This document shows, one piece after another, positions 1-10,961 of a stretch of DNA of 64,000 nucleotides (position 1 is the first letter of the stretch; each line of letters begins with the position of its first letter). The stretch comes from Bugula neritina. Lineage: Eukaryota > Animalia > Bryozoa. Both the position numbers and the translations under genes were made by a program. The notes below the pieces were generated by a model. That model saw only the letters and a list, made by a program, of their open reading frames with translations, made no database searches and was not told where the DNA came from. The stretch lies in assembly GCA_964035545.1 (NCBI GenBank), contig OZ037766.1, forward strand, positions 6,190,722 through 6,254,721, written 5' to 3'.

Positions 1-3000
1 AATTGAGCGCCTTGATCAGAGTGTATCTGTTCGGGAAGCCCAAAATAACAGAATACATGTTGGTCTAGCGCCCTGGCCACTGTTGGGGCTGATGCATCTG
101 GGATAGCCAGAGCATCCGCCCACCTAGTAAAGTGGTCGGTTAGTACTAGTATCCAATTATTGCCTCTGGGGGTCAGGGGCATGGGTCCGACCAGGTCTAC
201 AGCGACTACTTGCCAGGGCCTACCAGCATATAGCCTCCGCCGTCCTGCTTCACCAGGGGGGCGGCTGTGCTTACTGGCCTGGCAGATCTCACACTGTTTG
301 ACTCTGAGCCGGACGTCACGCTCCATCTGCGGCCAATACCACCGGAGCCGTAATTTGGATATCACTCTCTTGACCCCTGCGTGGGCCTGTTTGTGAGTAT
401 CCCAAATCAACTCACGGCGGATGGCCGTGGGGCAGACTACCCTCTTCCTTTCCGGGTGTCTGCCGCTGGCAGCTAGAGAGATGGTTAGCAACCCATCCTG
501 CCCGATCCGCAGCGAGTCCCAACGCTGACAGTATAGCCGGAACTCGGCGCATCCCTGTCGTATGCGTTCCTCGCTGGGTCGTCGCCCTTCCCTTTTGGCC
601 CGGTATATGTCTGCCACGACTCCAGGCAGCTCTTCTTGGAGCTTCTTCAACTCTCGAACATTACCGGCCAATACAGGGTTGGCGCGGAGGTTTTGTACAT
701 CCTCCGGGGACTCATCAACTCTTTGCCTGAGTTGACCTTGGTCCCAGTCAAACGGTGCTCCGTGATGAGCCAGCGTCTCCAACTCGCATCGCGGGGGACC
801 TCCATCCCTCCTCTCGATGTTGAGACACTGTTTGCAACCTCCGTCAGGTCGGCGACTCAACCCATCCGCATTGCTGTGTCTCTTGCCCGGTCGATGTTCG
901 ATCCGGTATGAGAATTCAGCTAGGATTTCGAGCCACCGGGCGACCTGACTGGAGGGCTCTGCTCTCTTGCACAACCAGATCAGCGAGGCATGATCCGTAC
1001 GCAGCCGGAACTTCCTGCCGTATAGGTAGGGTCTGAAGTGCTTCACTGACTTGATTACTGCCAGCAGCTCCTTGCGGGTAGTGCAGTAATTTCGTTCAGC
1101 GGGTGAGAGAGACTTGCTGTAGTAGGCCACTACTACCTCTCGGCCTTCCTGCACTTGTGACAGCACAGCGCCAACATTTTGGTCACTGGCGTCCGTGTCT
1201 AGGATGTACTCCAGAGTGGGGTCTGGGTAGGCCAAGATGGGCGCCGTTAGTAGGCAGCCCTTGAGGCGGTCGAACGCTTCTTGTTCGACTGGAGTCCACT
1301 GCCACGTCACTCCCTTTGCGGTGAGCCGGTTTAACGGCTGGGCTATGCCCGCAAAGTCTGGTATGTATTGCCTGTAATACCCTACCAGCCCCAAGAAAGC
1401 CCGGAGCCCGGTCAAGTCTTGGGGGTGACCCAGTCTTCTACTGCCCGTACCTTTTCGGGATCCGTTGCCACGCCGTTTCGACCGACAACGTGCCCCAGGT
1501 ATTTGACCTCCGGCTGCAATAGAGCGCACTTGGAAGGTTTGAGCTTAAGACCGGCACCTCGGAGTCTCTCGAAAACCTCCTGCAGACGACTGACATGTGT
1601 CTCGAAGTCTGGAGAGATTACGATGACATCATCGAGGTAGACCAGCAGTGTCTTCCAATGGAGTCCGCTAAGGACTTGTTCCATCAGCCTCTGGAAGGTG
1701 GCTGGGGCGGAGGTTAACCCGAAGGGCAGCACCTTCCACTTCCACAAACCGTCCCGTGTGATAAACGCCGCTTTCTCCTGGGCGTCGGGACTCAGAGGAA
1801 CTTGCCAATAGCCGCTTAGCAAGTCTAACGTACTGAAGTACTTGCTGCCGGCTAGGGCGTCCAATGACTCGTCAATACGAGGTAGAGGGTAGGCGTCCTG
1901 TATGGTTACGCTATTGAGTTTGCGGTAGTCCACACAGAACCGCCAACTGCCGTCTTTCTTCCGGACCAGTACGACTGGCGAGCTCCACGCACTATGGGCG
2001 GGCTCTATCAGTCCCCGGTCCAGAAGATCCCGTACTTGTCGGCTCACCTCCTTCTCTTTCTCCGGCCCCAGCCTGCGTGTGGGCTGCCGGACAGGAACTG
2101 TCCCTGCAGTCAGCGGTATTTCGTGTCTGACAATTCCAGTCAGCCCCACGTCATGCTCTCCGCTGCTGAACACATCACCGTAGTCGCGTAGTAACTTAGC
2201 CATAGCTTGGCGTTCTCTGTTACTCGCGCAGCCGCCACTGGCTGTTTCGTATAACTCCCGGAGATGTGTTGGGACTGCCCCTCGTCCCTGAATAGGGTGT
2301 CGAGGGGGTGCCTCCGTCGCGTCACCCAGCGACGGGCCCACGTCCTCTTCCTGGACGGAGTGGAACCGGCCCAGCATTGACCCAGCTGGGAGCTCAATGG
2401 GCTCGGTAAAGGGGTTGACACACTGCACTAAGACCTCCCCTCGCTCAGTTAGTCGGTTTAAACTACTGGCGAGTTGGATCCTTTCGTGCGCGCCTTCAAC
2501 GACCCCGAGCCTGGCTATCCGGTTGCTGTTCACTCGGCAGTGGATAGTAGCTCTGGAGCGTCCGGGTACGGTGCAGTTTCGAACTACCTGAACACCGCCC
2601 ACCAGAGGACGCCCAAAGTTATCCACACAGGCGAGTTCTCGCCCGCCCATCAGCACCACCGACTTACTAAAGTCGATTCGGCACTGGTGTTGCTTCAAGA
2701 AGGGCATGCCGAGGATAGCATCTTCCTCCAGTTGACCTATGATAAAGGTCTCCTGTACAGCCTGATCTCGGACACGCCCAGGGAGCTCGATAATACCATA
2801 AAAGGGGATACATGACCCGTCTGCCAGGGTGCCATGTTCTCCAGTATACGGTCGTACTCTATCCCTGTCCCGGCGGGGCAGTGCCTCAAAGACTCTACGA
2901 CTGAGAAGGTTGGTAGTACAACCGGAGTCGAGCAGGAAAGTGACGGCGTTGCCGGCCACCTTTCCGGGTAGGAAATAGCTCTCTCCATGTGGTTGTACTT

Positions 3001-3356
3001 TCACCCCCCCCCGCATGTGCTGTCCTGGGTTGACAGGACGGCGGGGGTTTCACCCGTGGTTTACGGGGCTTCCGGCGGCGAGGTTGGTGCCGGCGGGGTT
3101 CGGGCCTCTCCACTGGGCCTTCTGGCTCCATTTCAGTGGCGGGCTCCTCTTCCCGAGGTAACCGGTGAAACCGGTTAGCGAGTGGCAGGGAGAAGGTACT
3201 TGGCCGTTGTGCGGGCCTACTAGTCCTGCGTGGTACCTGCCACTCGGGTGGAGTGTTTCGTCGTGTCCGTACGGACAGACGACGGCGTGTTCCACCATAC
3301 TCCTTTAGTTGCGGCCCGCGGGGAGGGAGAGTGTCCGCGGGCCGTGACAGTTTAAC
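1..3356 (-). CDS. pol: Pol polyprotein (PR-RT-RNaseH-IN), interrupted by single-base indels in homopolymers at 3004-3012 and 1421-1425
   Basis: The -1 frame is open from 3356 to the C9 run. The PR-RT frame runs 3016-1412. Manual translation of a third segment from ~1418 to base 1 has no stops (DLTGLRAFLGLVGYYRQY...IHSDQGAQ). Confidence 0.9.
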
Positions 3357-4171
3357 GCCCCCTGGTATTGGGGTCGTCCTTTCTGTCCCTGGTCCTGATC
3401 AGCGCTACTCCAGCCCTGCCCCACAGGTGTTGGGGGCACCCGCAGGGCCTGACCGGGGCCAGCACCGGCCAGAATGGTTACCAGTTGTCCCAGCATCTCT
3501 ACCATACGGTCCACTTCGGCTTCCAGCGGGAGGGCTTCGGGACCTGTCGTAGCCCTGGCAGCGCTGACTCCAACTACTGGTGGGTTCCTTTGTGCTCGAT
3601 GCATTTGGGTAGCCAACAGGTAAGCTTCTCCAGCCTCCAGGGCATCCTCTATTCTTGTTATCCCTTTAGCTCGTAGGTGATGGTCCAGGCCCAGGTCGTT
3701 TAGTGACTGGACAAAGGCGTCATAGGTGTAACGCTCTTGGTGTTGTGCTGGCAGATCGCTATATGCAATCTGCGCCAGCTTCTTCACCGTCGCGGCATGT
3801 TCTTGCAGCGAGGTCCGCGGGGTGCGGCACAATCTCTCTAGCTTGGTCCTAGCGTCTATTACGGAGATGCCAAAACGGGCCCGCAGCGCAGCCAGTATTC
3901 CGTCTACGTCCGTTCCCACTCCGTACGGCTTGGCTTGCTCCGTCACCGCTCTCCGCAATTGAATAAGGGCCACTCTATGCGGCCATTGAGCAACCTCCAT
4001 TACTTCTCTAAATTCTTGTATAAATTGCTCGACATCTTCCGACCCAGTAAAGGTGGGAGCTTTCAAGCAATGTCTATAAGCTTCTTCTCCCTCACGATTC
4101 ACAGGATTAACAGCATTTCTACGCTCACCTTCTACTGGGGGTGGTTGCATTCTAGTATTTTCAGTCTCCAT
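3305..4171 (-). CDS. gag: Retrotransposon Gag (288 aa), no CCHC zinc knuckle visible
   Basis: The ORF starts 14 nt after the PBS and has a capsid-like KAPTFTGSEDVEQFIQEF...W motif. Confidence 0.88.
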   Translation of the reverse strand: METENTRMQPPPVEGERRNAVNPVNREGEEAYRHCLKAPTFTGSEDVEQFIQEFREVMEVAQWPHRVALIQLRRAVTEQAKPYGVGTDVDGILAALRARFGISVIDARTKLERLCRTPRTSLQEHAATVKKLAQIAYSDLPAQHQERYTYDAFVQSLNDLGLDHHLRAKGITRIEDALEAGEAYLLATQMHRAQRNPPVVGVSAARATTGPEALPLEAEVDRMVEMLGQLVTILAGAGPGQALRVPPTPVGQGWSSADQDQGQKGRPQYQGALNCHGPRTLSLPAGRN

Positions 4172-4185
4172 CTTTGATATACACT

Positions 4186-4203
4186 ATCCCACTGCTGCCA
4201 CCA
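4186..4203 (-). promoter_or_regulatory. Primer-binding site complementary to the tRNA-Leu 3' end
   Basis: Minus strand reads TGGTGGCAGCAGTGGGAT. The plus-strand ATCCCACTGCTGCCACCA matches the animal tRNA-Leu(AAG/TAG) 3' end ATCCCACCGCTGCCA+CCA at 17/18 positions (from memory). Confidence 0.85.
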
Positions 4204-4204
4204 C

Positions 4205-4510
4205 TGTTAAGATTTTCAGATTTAGGGTTGATGTGCCACCAAGAGAGTCTATTTATCACTAGAGAAACTTCACCGAGTTAAGTTGAGTAGATATCGTTAT
4301 ATTTTAATACAAGAATACATAATAAAATCTAATGTACAACAGTAATGATACGCACGTCTATTTAATTTACAGCACTATCCTCAACTGAGCTAGTAGCGCG
4401 AAGCTGTTACTATTACTCATAAAACAGCCTAGCTAATTGGCTAATACATTGTTCCGGGTCAATACGCAACCTTGCGTATTGTGTTGCTGGTAGCTCCACG
4501 AGCCACCACA
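4205..4510 (-). repeat. 5' LTR (~306 bp), TG...CA termini
   Basis: On the minus strand it begins TGTGGTGGCTC (4510) and ends ...TTAACA (4205), 1 nt before the PBS, and contains ATTAAA near 4302-4307. The 3' LTR is outside the window, so the outer boundary and TSD cannot be confirmed. Confidence 0.75.
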
Positions 4511-6127
4511 TTATTTTATTTATTTATTTAATGATTAAAATTAACTGTGTTTATGACTATAGTCTATAACTACAACTACAAGATTAAGTATAAGTTAAAG
4601 TATAAGTATAACTCTTAGTATTACTATTACTATTAGTATTAGTATTAGCAAAAGCTATGCTTATAGTTATACTAATAGTTATAGTTATATTAACTGTATC
4701 AGGCTCATCATCATATTATAATCATCTTCATAAACATAATCATAATGATTTAGTGATAATAATTAGATTATAATCACTAGCATTAGGCTTAGCTTAGGAT
4801 TGTTGTTAAGTTAAAATTTTAATTATTCTGTCGAGCGACAAAACAAATTAGTTTGATTTCAAGTTTAAAACACAAGTGTTACTACTGCTGTATTAGTATA
4901 AGTATTACTTATTAGTAATAGTATTACTATTAGTTTGTTTAACGAATCAGTAATTGATAAAATATTATTCTTAGCTCTGGTTACACATACAAATAAAAAT
5001 AGAATTACATGTTTAGCAAAAAGGTTGTGAGATTAAGATTATTAATTTAGTGTTGGTGTGCATTACTATTCACTTTTTTGAGTTATAAGTTGACTACTAG
5101 CTGTAGTTACCCTAATTAACTGTTTCCACATTGCGTTGCCTAATAGTAATTCCATGCACAGAATAGTAGAGCGGCTTTTGAGTTAAGCAATTTTTAGATA
5201 ACTTCAAGGCATAGCATTAGTATGCTATTTTCAGTAGTGTTGTTATCTATAGGCTACTACTTTTTGCTTGAGTTGGTTACTGAGTAGGTGCACATTTAAA
5301 GCCAGTTTATCTAGTTGCTAAAATTCCAGATTTGAGATTTAGAAAGTTGAATAAAGCTTGCAAACAGAATATCCTTGATGCTGTATCTATTTTACACTAG
5401 TTTTTTAGCACCTTGTACAAAAATTTCCACATCATAGGAATAATTTAGTTTATGTTGTTGACAACAAGCAAAGCTATTTTCTACACACATAAGATGTGGC
5501 TGCAGCTTGTGTGGGAAAATTATGCTCAGTGTGTAAACTTTCTATTGCAGTCATTTTTTGGAATTATATAAATAAAAATTCAGCATACCCTGTAAGGACT
5601 TGCAAGGTATGCTGAAAAATGTATTATGCCATGCTAATAGCATTGAAGCAAAAAACCACCAGTAAATTTTCATGCAGCGTTATTGGCAATAAATAGATTT
5701 GCTTATAGACCAAATAAAGTCTAAAATATGCTGGTAATTTTCATATATACAATATACAAATGTATAGATATATGAGTATAACACTCCACAGCTTGCGTTA
5801 TGTGTTAATGCTCAGCTGCATTTGTGATTCCCACAAAGGGTTGTTCTAGAAACCTGATTTTATTTAGTCTGCTTTAATTTGGGCTCAACTGTTGGCTAAA
5901 CATGAACATTCAGACTTTATTTTTGTTCGGCTGTAAAAAATTTATCTTAAAAATTATGTTATGTATTTTATGACTCAACGGAAAACTGAAAATATCTTTG
6001 TTCTTAAAATTATATATATTGTATAGCTTCTTTTATTTTTATGTAATCTATGATAGGAATTGGATTATCTTCAATCACAACTTTTCAGAGGTTAAGTTCT
6101 GCGCCCTGTCGTGGGATTTAGTTGAGG

Positions 6128-9103
6128 ATGCAGTCGTTCTCTCCACCAGATGTCACTAGCAGCACGGAGATGTTAGAGGAGGAGTTTGTGTGTGGAGTCT
6201 GCTGTGACTTGATGGTCATACCAACCACTCTCAACTGTGGTCACAGCTTTTGCAGACATTGTCTTGCTCGGTGGTTTGATGTGGGCAAAAAGACCGAGTG
6301 TCCAATTTGTAGGAAGGTATGCATACATTGTTGTTACACGATTTGTTATACTGTAGGTGATCAGTATTCAGTTTATTGGAATATTTACAGTTTTGTTTTC
6401 TGTTTTTCCCCCAACTCTCTTCTGTTTTGATTAATTCAAGTGAACTCAATTAATTGAATAATCAATGCGTTAACTTTTCTACTGAACATAGCTTTCCTAA
6501 TTCCTTCCACGCTTTTCATCACTCAGTTTCACCTACACTCACTGCATTTCCATTACTTTGCATTATTCGAGTGAATGCTCAAATGGATGAATTTAGAACC
6601 GTAGTGATTATGCTTACACCAGGTGCTTTTCACTAATCTGCACATTATTCTGCAGGCATATCAGTGGTACAACTGTGTGAATAAGCAGGTGCCTTTAGAG
6701 TTGCAACATTTCTGTCATTTTCAGTAGACTTTGTACTGATAATACTAAATATATAATGCAAACTAACCCTACTTCACAGCTCTATTTACACTTCTGTATA
6801 GTCAATGGTAAATCAAGTTTATCATTACTTTGCCCATTCAGTCTTATCATACTTCCAGAGTTTTGCCGGCTGCCCAATGGAAAACAAGCATATGATGAAC
6901 TCATTAGAGAAACTATTTGAAGCCAAGTATAGGAAGAGAAAGGAGGAGGTGTTGGATGATAAAGATAACAAACAGGCAATTCAAGAGTAAGCTGATTAGG
7001 TTATGGAGTTGTCATCTTTTGATGTGTAAAATCCCAATTTTGTATTTACCTGCAATAGTATATCTGCTACATTATTACTAGTATTGTACTCACCACAAGT
7101 AACTGGCGCACCAATACTCACACTAGACCAACTAGTAGTGATGTGACACTTAGCTAGTAGCACTGTTGAAGATGGAATTCCAGTTGCAGCTAGATTCAAA
7201 AATTTAATATGTGTCTCATGCCTAACTATTACCTTTGTGAAAAGTCTTGTGATAAACTCCCAACTCTAGGGAAAAATGTTGCTTACTTTGGTACTGATAA
7301 TAATATTGCCAAAGTAATGTTTATCTGAAATGTCTGATAACCACTTTCTTGAATTTAAAGAACATAACTAGTGAGTAGTCTGTTTAGAATGCTTACGAAA
7401 TAGAGAAGGAAGATGTATGGTATATGTCAAAGTTATTGTGCTTAAATGTTTTCTCCTTGTAGAAACTTCTAGAAGCATACTGGTGTCGAATCAATATTAT
7501 TTTTGTGTTATTCTTTACAGCTTTGTTATAAGATGTATGGTATATGTCAAAGTTATTGTGCTTAAATGTTTTCTCCTTGTAGAAACTTCTAGAAGCATAC
7601 TGGTGTCGAATCAGTATTATTTTTGTGTTATTCTTTACAACTTTGTTATAATCGTGTCAACAAACAACAATAAATTCTTCTTATTTAACTGAGAGCTGAC
7701 TAGGATGGGGTTTCCACTGCCAATTTATTGCATCATAACAGCTTTTTCCTCTTTTAAATTAATTTATGCCAATTTATTTTAGATTTGAAAAGATTTTGGA
7801 GAAGAGACACAGAAGTGACAACCTATCAGCCACTTCCTGTGGCTTTCTCATGGGAATAGTGCTGGTTCTCCTCATAATAGTCTGTTTCTACATGGCATTC
7901 TACTGGGGCTCTGGGTACGTGTGGTGAATTCTTAAAAATAACAACAGTGATATAATCAGTTTGGATTTTGACTAATTTGATCAAGAAGTATTAGTAACAG
8001 TTAGAGATATCTTCTTTTCTCAACAGTATATCTGGTGCCTCTGATTTGTTAAGGTGTTTTTTGTGAATTTGATGTCAATTTGATGAATGTTATTGTTGCA
8101 TAAAGGTGAGCTTTGTGACAGCATTTGTATATCTAGGAGTTATTATAAATGCCAAATATTAAATGTGAACTGACAAAATGGAAGGCTTTAATATTCAACT
8201 AAAGTTTTCATTATTTATTACTGCTGCCTCTTATGTGTAAAATACTGCCTGTGTGTGCTTATAGGAGAATATTTACTCATATGTAGTTGTATTAACTTAT
8301 ACTTTGTACGCCAACATTTTCTAATTCACAGGGAGTTCAACCTTCTAGTGAAAAAGCCTCTAATCAAATGGACTGTCACAGACGTAGAAAGCTGGCTGGA
8401 AGATCAGGGTTTGCAATCTTATAGAGAAGTATTTAGAGATGTTGGTGTTAACGGTCGTATGCTGTCGGAAGTGGAGGCTGACGATTTGGAGTCCATGTTT
8501 AATATGACTAACTCTCTACACAGGCGCATGTTCCTTCATTCTTTAAATCATGCTATAACATACGGTGTAAAACAGCCCACTAATCTATGGGAGTATAAAG
8601 CGTTGAACAGTGCCCACGCTGTGTTCCTGCTGTACTGTATGAATATGACGCCTAGGCTATGCACCTTCTACCTTTATCGCTATGACTACGATAATTACGT
8701 TCTGTATAGAAATTATGTCCAGACATGCAATATCACTGCGCAGGATGATGGCCCTTCTTCATGGTGGTTTCACGCCGGCTCTATATTTATGCCACATTAC
8801 GTACAAGCTCAATTTGTTTACTGCTTTAAAGATGTTCACTATTGGACAAGCAGAATCCTTCTAATGCAATGTCTTATTCGAACCTTGTTAGACTTCATCA
8901 GCATAGGCACTCTGTCCAGGACTTTAACATCCAGAGATGTCCTCCATCCAATAATAAAGTTCACTGTGTATTACTTGGTTAGCAGCGTGTGGTGGATTCT
9001 ACCAACTATTATTGCAGATGCAATTTTTTATTTAGAGTTATATTTTGGTCTATTTTTCGTTATTAATGAACTGTATAACAAGCTAGTACACCCTAACCGA
9101 TAG
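6128..9103 (+). CDS. BFAR: Bifunctional apoptosis regulator (RING E3 ligase, TM, SAM, multi-TM C-terminus); exons 6128-6316, 6859-6986, 7783-7914, 8332-9103
   Basis: C3HC4 RING (CGVC...PTTLNCGHSFCRHCLARW...KKTECPIC), then LEKLF, a TM helix, SAM (LLVKKPLIKWTVTDVESWLE...VNGRML), then GVKQPTNLWEYKA...PRL and HYWTSR as in BFAR. GT-AG junctions are phase-consistent. Confidence 0.92.
7411..7650. repeat. 120-bp direct tandem duplication in a BFAR intron
   Basis: 7411-7530 and 7531-7650 are identical except for 2 substitutions. Confidence 0.95.
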
Positions 9104-10177
9104 TTTGGATTATTGTAGTGAAATTCAATTGCTCAACAAATTTTGGTTAACAAGTGTAGTATTTTTTTACAGAATCATAAAATTTAGGTTTTGTCTCCAA
9201 ATTGTTTGACTTAATATATTTTATTTCGTTTTTGATTTAAATAAAACGCATGCATATAATTTATTAATTATTTGTTGAAATTTGGTCATATTGTCATAGT
9301 TGGCCTGAAACTCTGCAACATGAGCTGATTGGATTCTTGGATGAGCATTGGAAATTCAAATGAATGGTTAAAACACAGTTGAGGAAAGGTCCCAACCAGA
9401 AATATTGCATAGCTTAGCCTGTAATGTTTTCAGTTAATAGCTGTATAAGATAAAATCCCACCTTATTAATAGATGGAAATATTATTAGTTGATTGATACC
9501 AGCAGTTGTTCAGTTGACTCAAATATAGCATATATAATGGCATGTCTTATAAAGCTGGCTGTTAGCCTGATTTCCATTTGTTACTGCATGGATCAGCTAA
9601 TCAAGTAGTTATATAGCACTTGGCAAAGATCTAATTGATATTTAGGCACTAAGTTATATTTAGATCATTCCAATCATTATGTTACATTTACAAAATCAAC
9701 AATGTGTATACGTGAGGGACAGGTGTTTCCTCAGTAAACATTTAGATTAGTAAAAAACCTGTTTGTCTGCTAGCCATATAGGCTCATGTACACTGGCTGT
9801 GTGCAGATGTTGAAGTAGCTGCAGTGTATTGAAGCAACAATTTTGGAATCTAAACTTTATCAATTACTATGGTTTGTATGCAATAATTGTTCTATACATA
9901 TTACAATTATGTAATTTTATTATATATTACATATAGGTGTGGTTTGTTTATTCAAAGCTTATTCACACTCTAATAAACTTGCGAGTGTAAATATTTACTA
10001 CATTTCAGTGCTCAATAATTAGCACTATAAACTTTTAAGCGACCAGCAAATTAAATAAAAAAGAGGCATAAGTAAACACAGTAAAAATATTTACAAATGT
10101 ATGAGTATTTACTCCAACATTAACTGTTATTTTCATTGTTTACTGTTACGTGATGATGAGGAATATAATATTGGCAG

Positions 10178-10908
10178 GAAAGACGAAGGAGGAGCTCTGG
10201 AAGTTTAATTTTCGAGAAAAAGGCTCTACTCAAAAAGATTATAATGGATAAGGCCCACGAAGAGATGCACAAAGAAGCTCTGAAGAGAAAGGCAGAAAAG
10301 GAAAGTCACATCAAACAAAAAATTGAAGATTTACCTTCAATGCAAAGTATGTCCAAAGGTAATAATTGGATTGACATTCATATAACTTTAAATCTAATAA
10401 AAAGCTTTCCTGAACTTATTTGAATAAAGCTAAATTTTATGTTTCCTAATTTTGAACTATCAATTACTTCAAGATCGATCTGTTGTTGAAGTTAGAAATT
10501 AGTGTAACATCATTCATATTGCTACACATTCATGGTATGTCTAAATACAACAGAATTGTTGTCATACCTCCATCAAAATTAGCATATAACATAAAGAGTT
10601 GTTGAAAGAGTTTTTAACTGCGCGTACGGTATATACATTAATAACCATTATTGAATTTTTTTTACTTTGACTACAATTACACTTTTTAAGAAAGTTAAAT
10701 TATGAATTTCTGTAATGCATGTAGGATTCAATATAATTCTAAAAAAGTTAATATGACAACATTTAGCAATTTGTAGTTTATTATTAAAACTATTAAATAA
10801 TGACATTATATAATGCAACATGCATGTTTTGCTTCAGCTTTCAACTAGCCAATAAAACTGCTCCATGTACCATTCAACTTGCCATAGAATTGATAATCAA
10901 TTTATGTT

Positions 10909-10961
<53 letters not shown>

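Larger units (their letters stand above)
1..4510 (-). mobile_element. Ty3/gypsy LTR retrotransposon, 5' portion (runs off the left edge within integrase)
   Basis: Minus-strand order is LTR, PBS, gag, protease (FLLDSG), RT (YLDD, VDYRKLN, PFGL), RNase H (LDTDAS, TDH) and integrase (H..H..CEIC, AVDLVGP, IHSDQG). PR-RT-RH-IN order is diagnostic of gypsy. The block is GC/CpG-rich against AT-rich host DNA. Confidence 0.97.

Noticed and set aside
3050-3298. 82-aa ORF in the gag frame suggesting stop-codon readthrough into pol
   Set aside because: It would need two readthroughs (TAA 3305, TGA 3050). The -1 frame is open and has a slippery site plus stem.
160-3676. Plus-strand ORFs over the retrotransposon
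   Set aside because: Antisense shadows of GC-rich gag/pol codons, with no recognisable domains.
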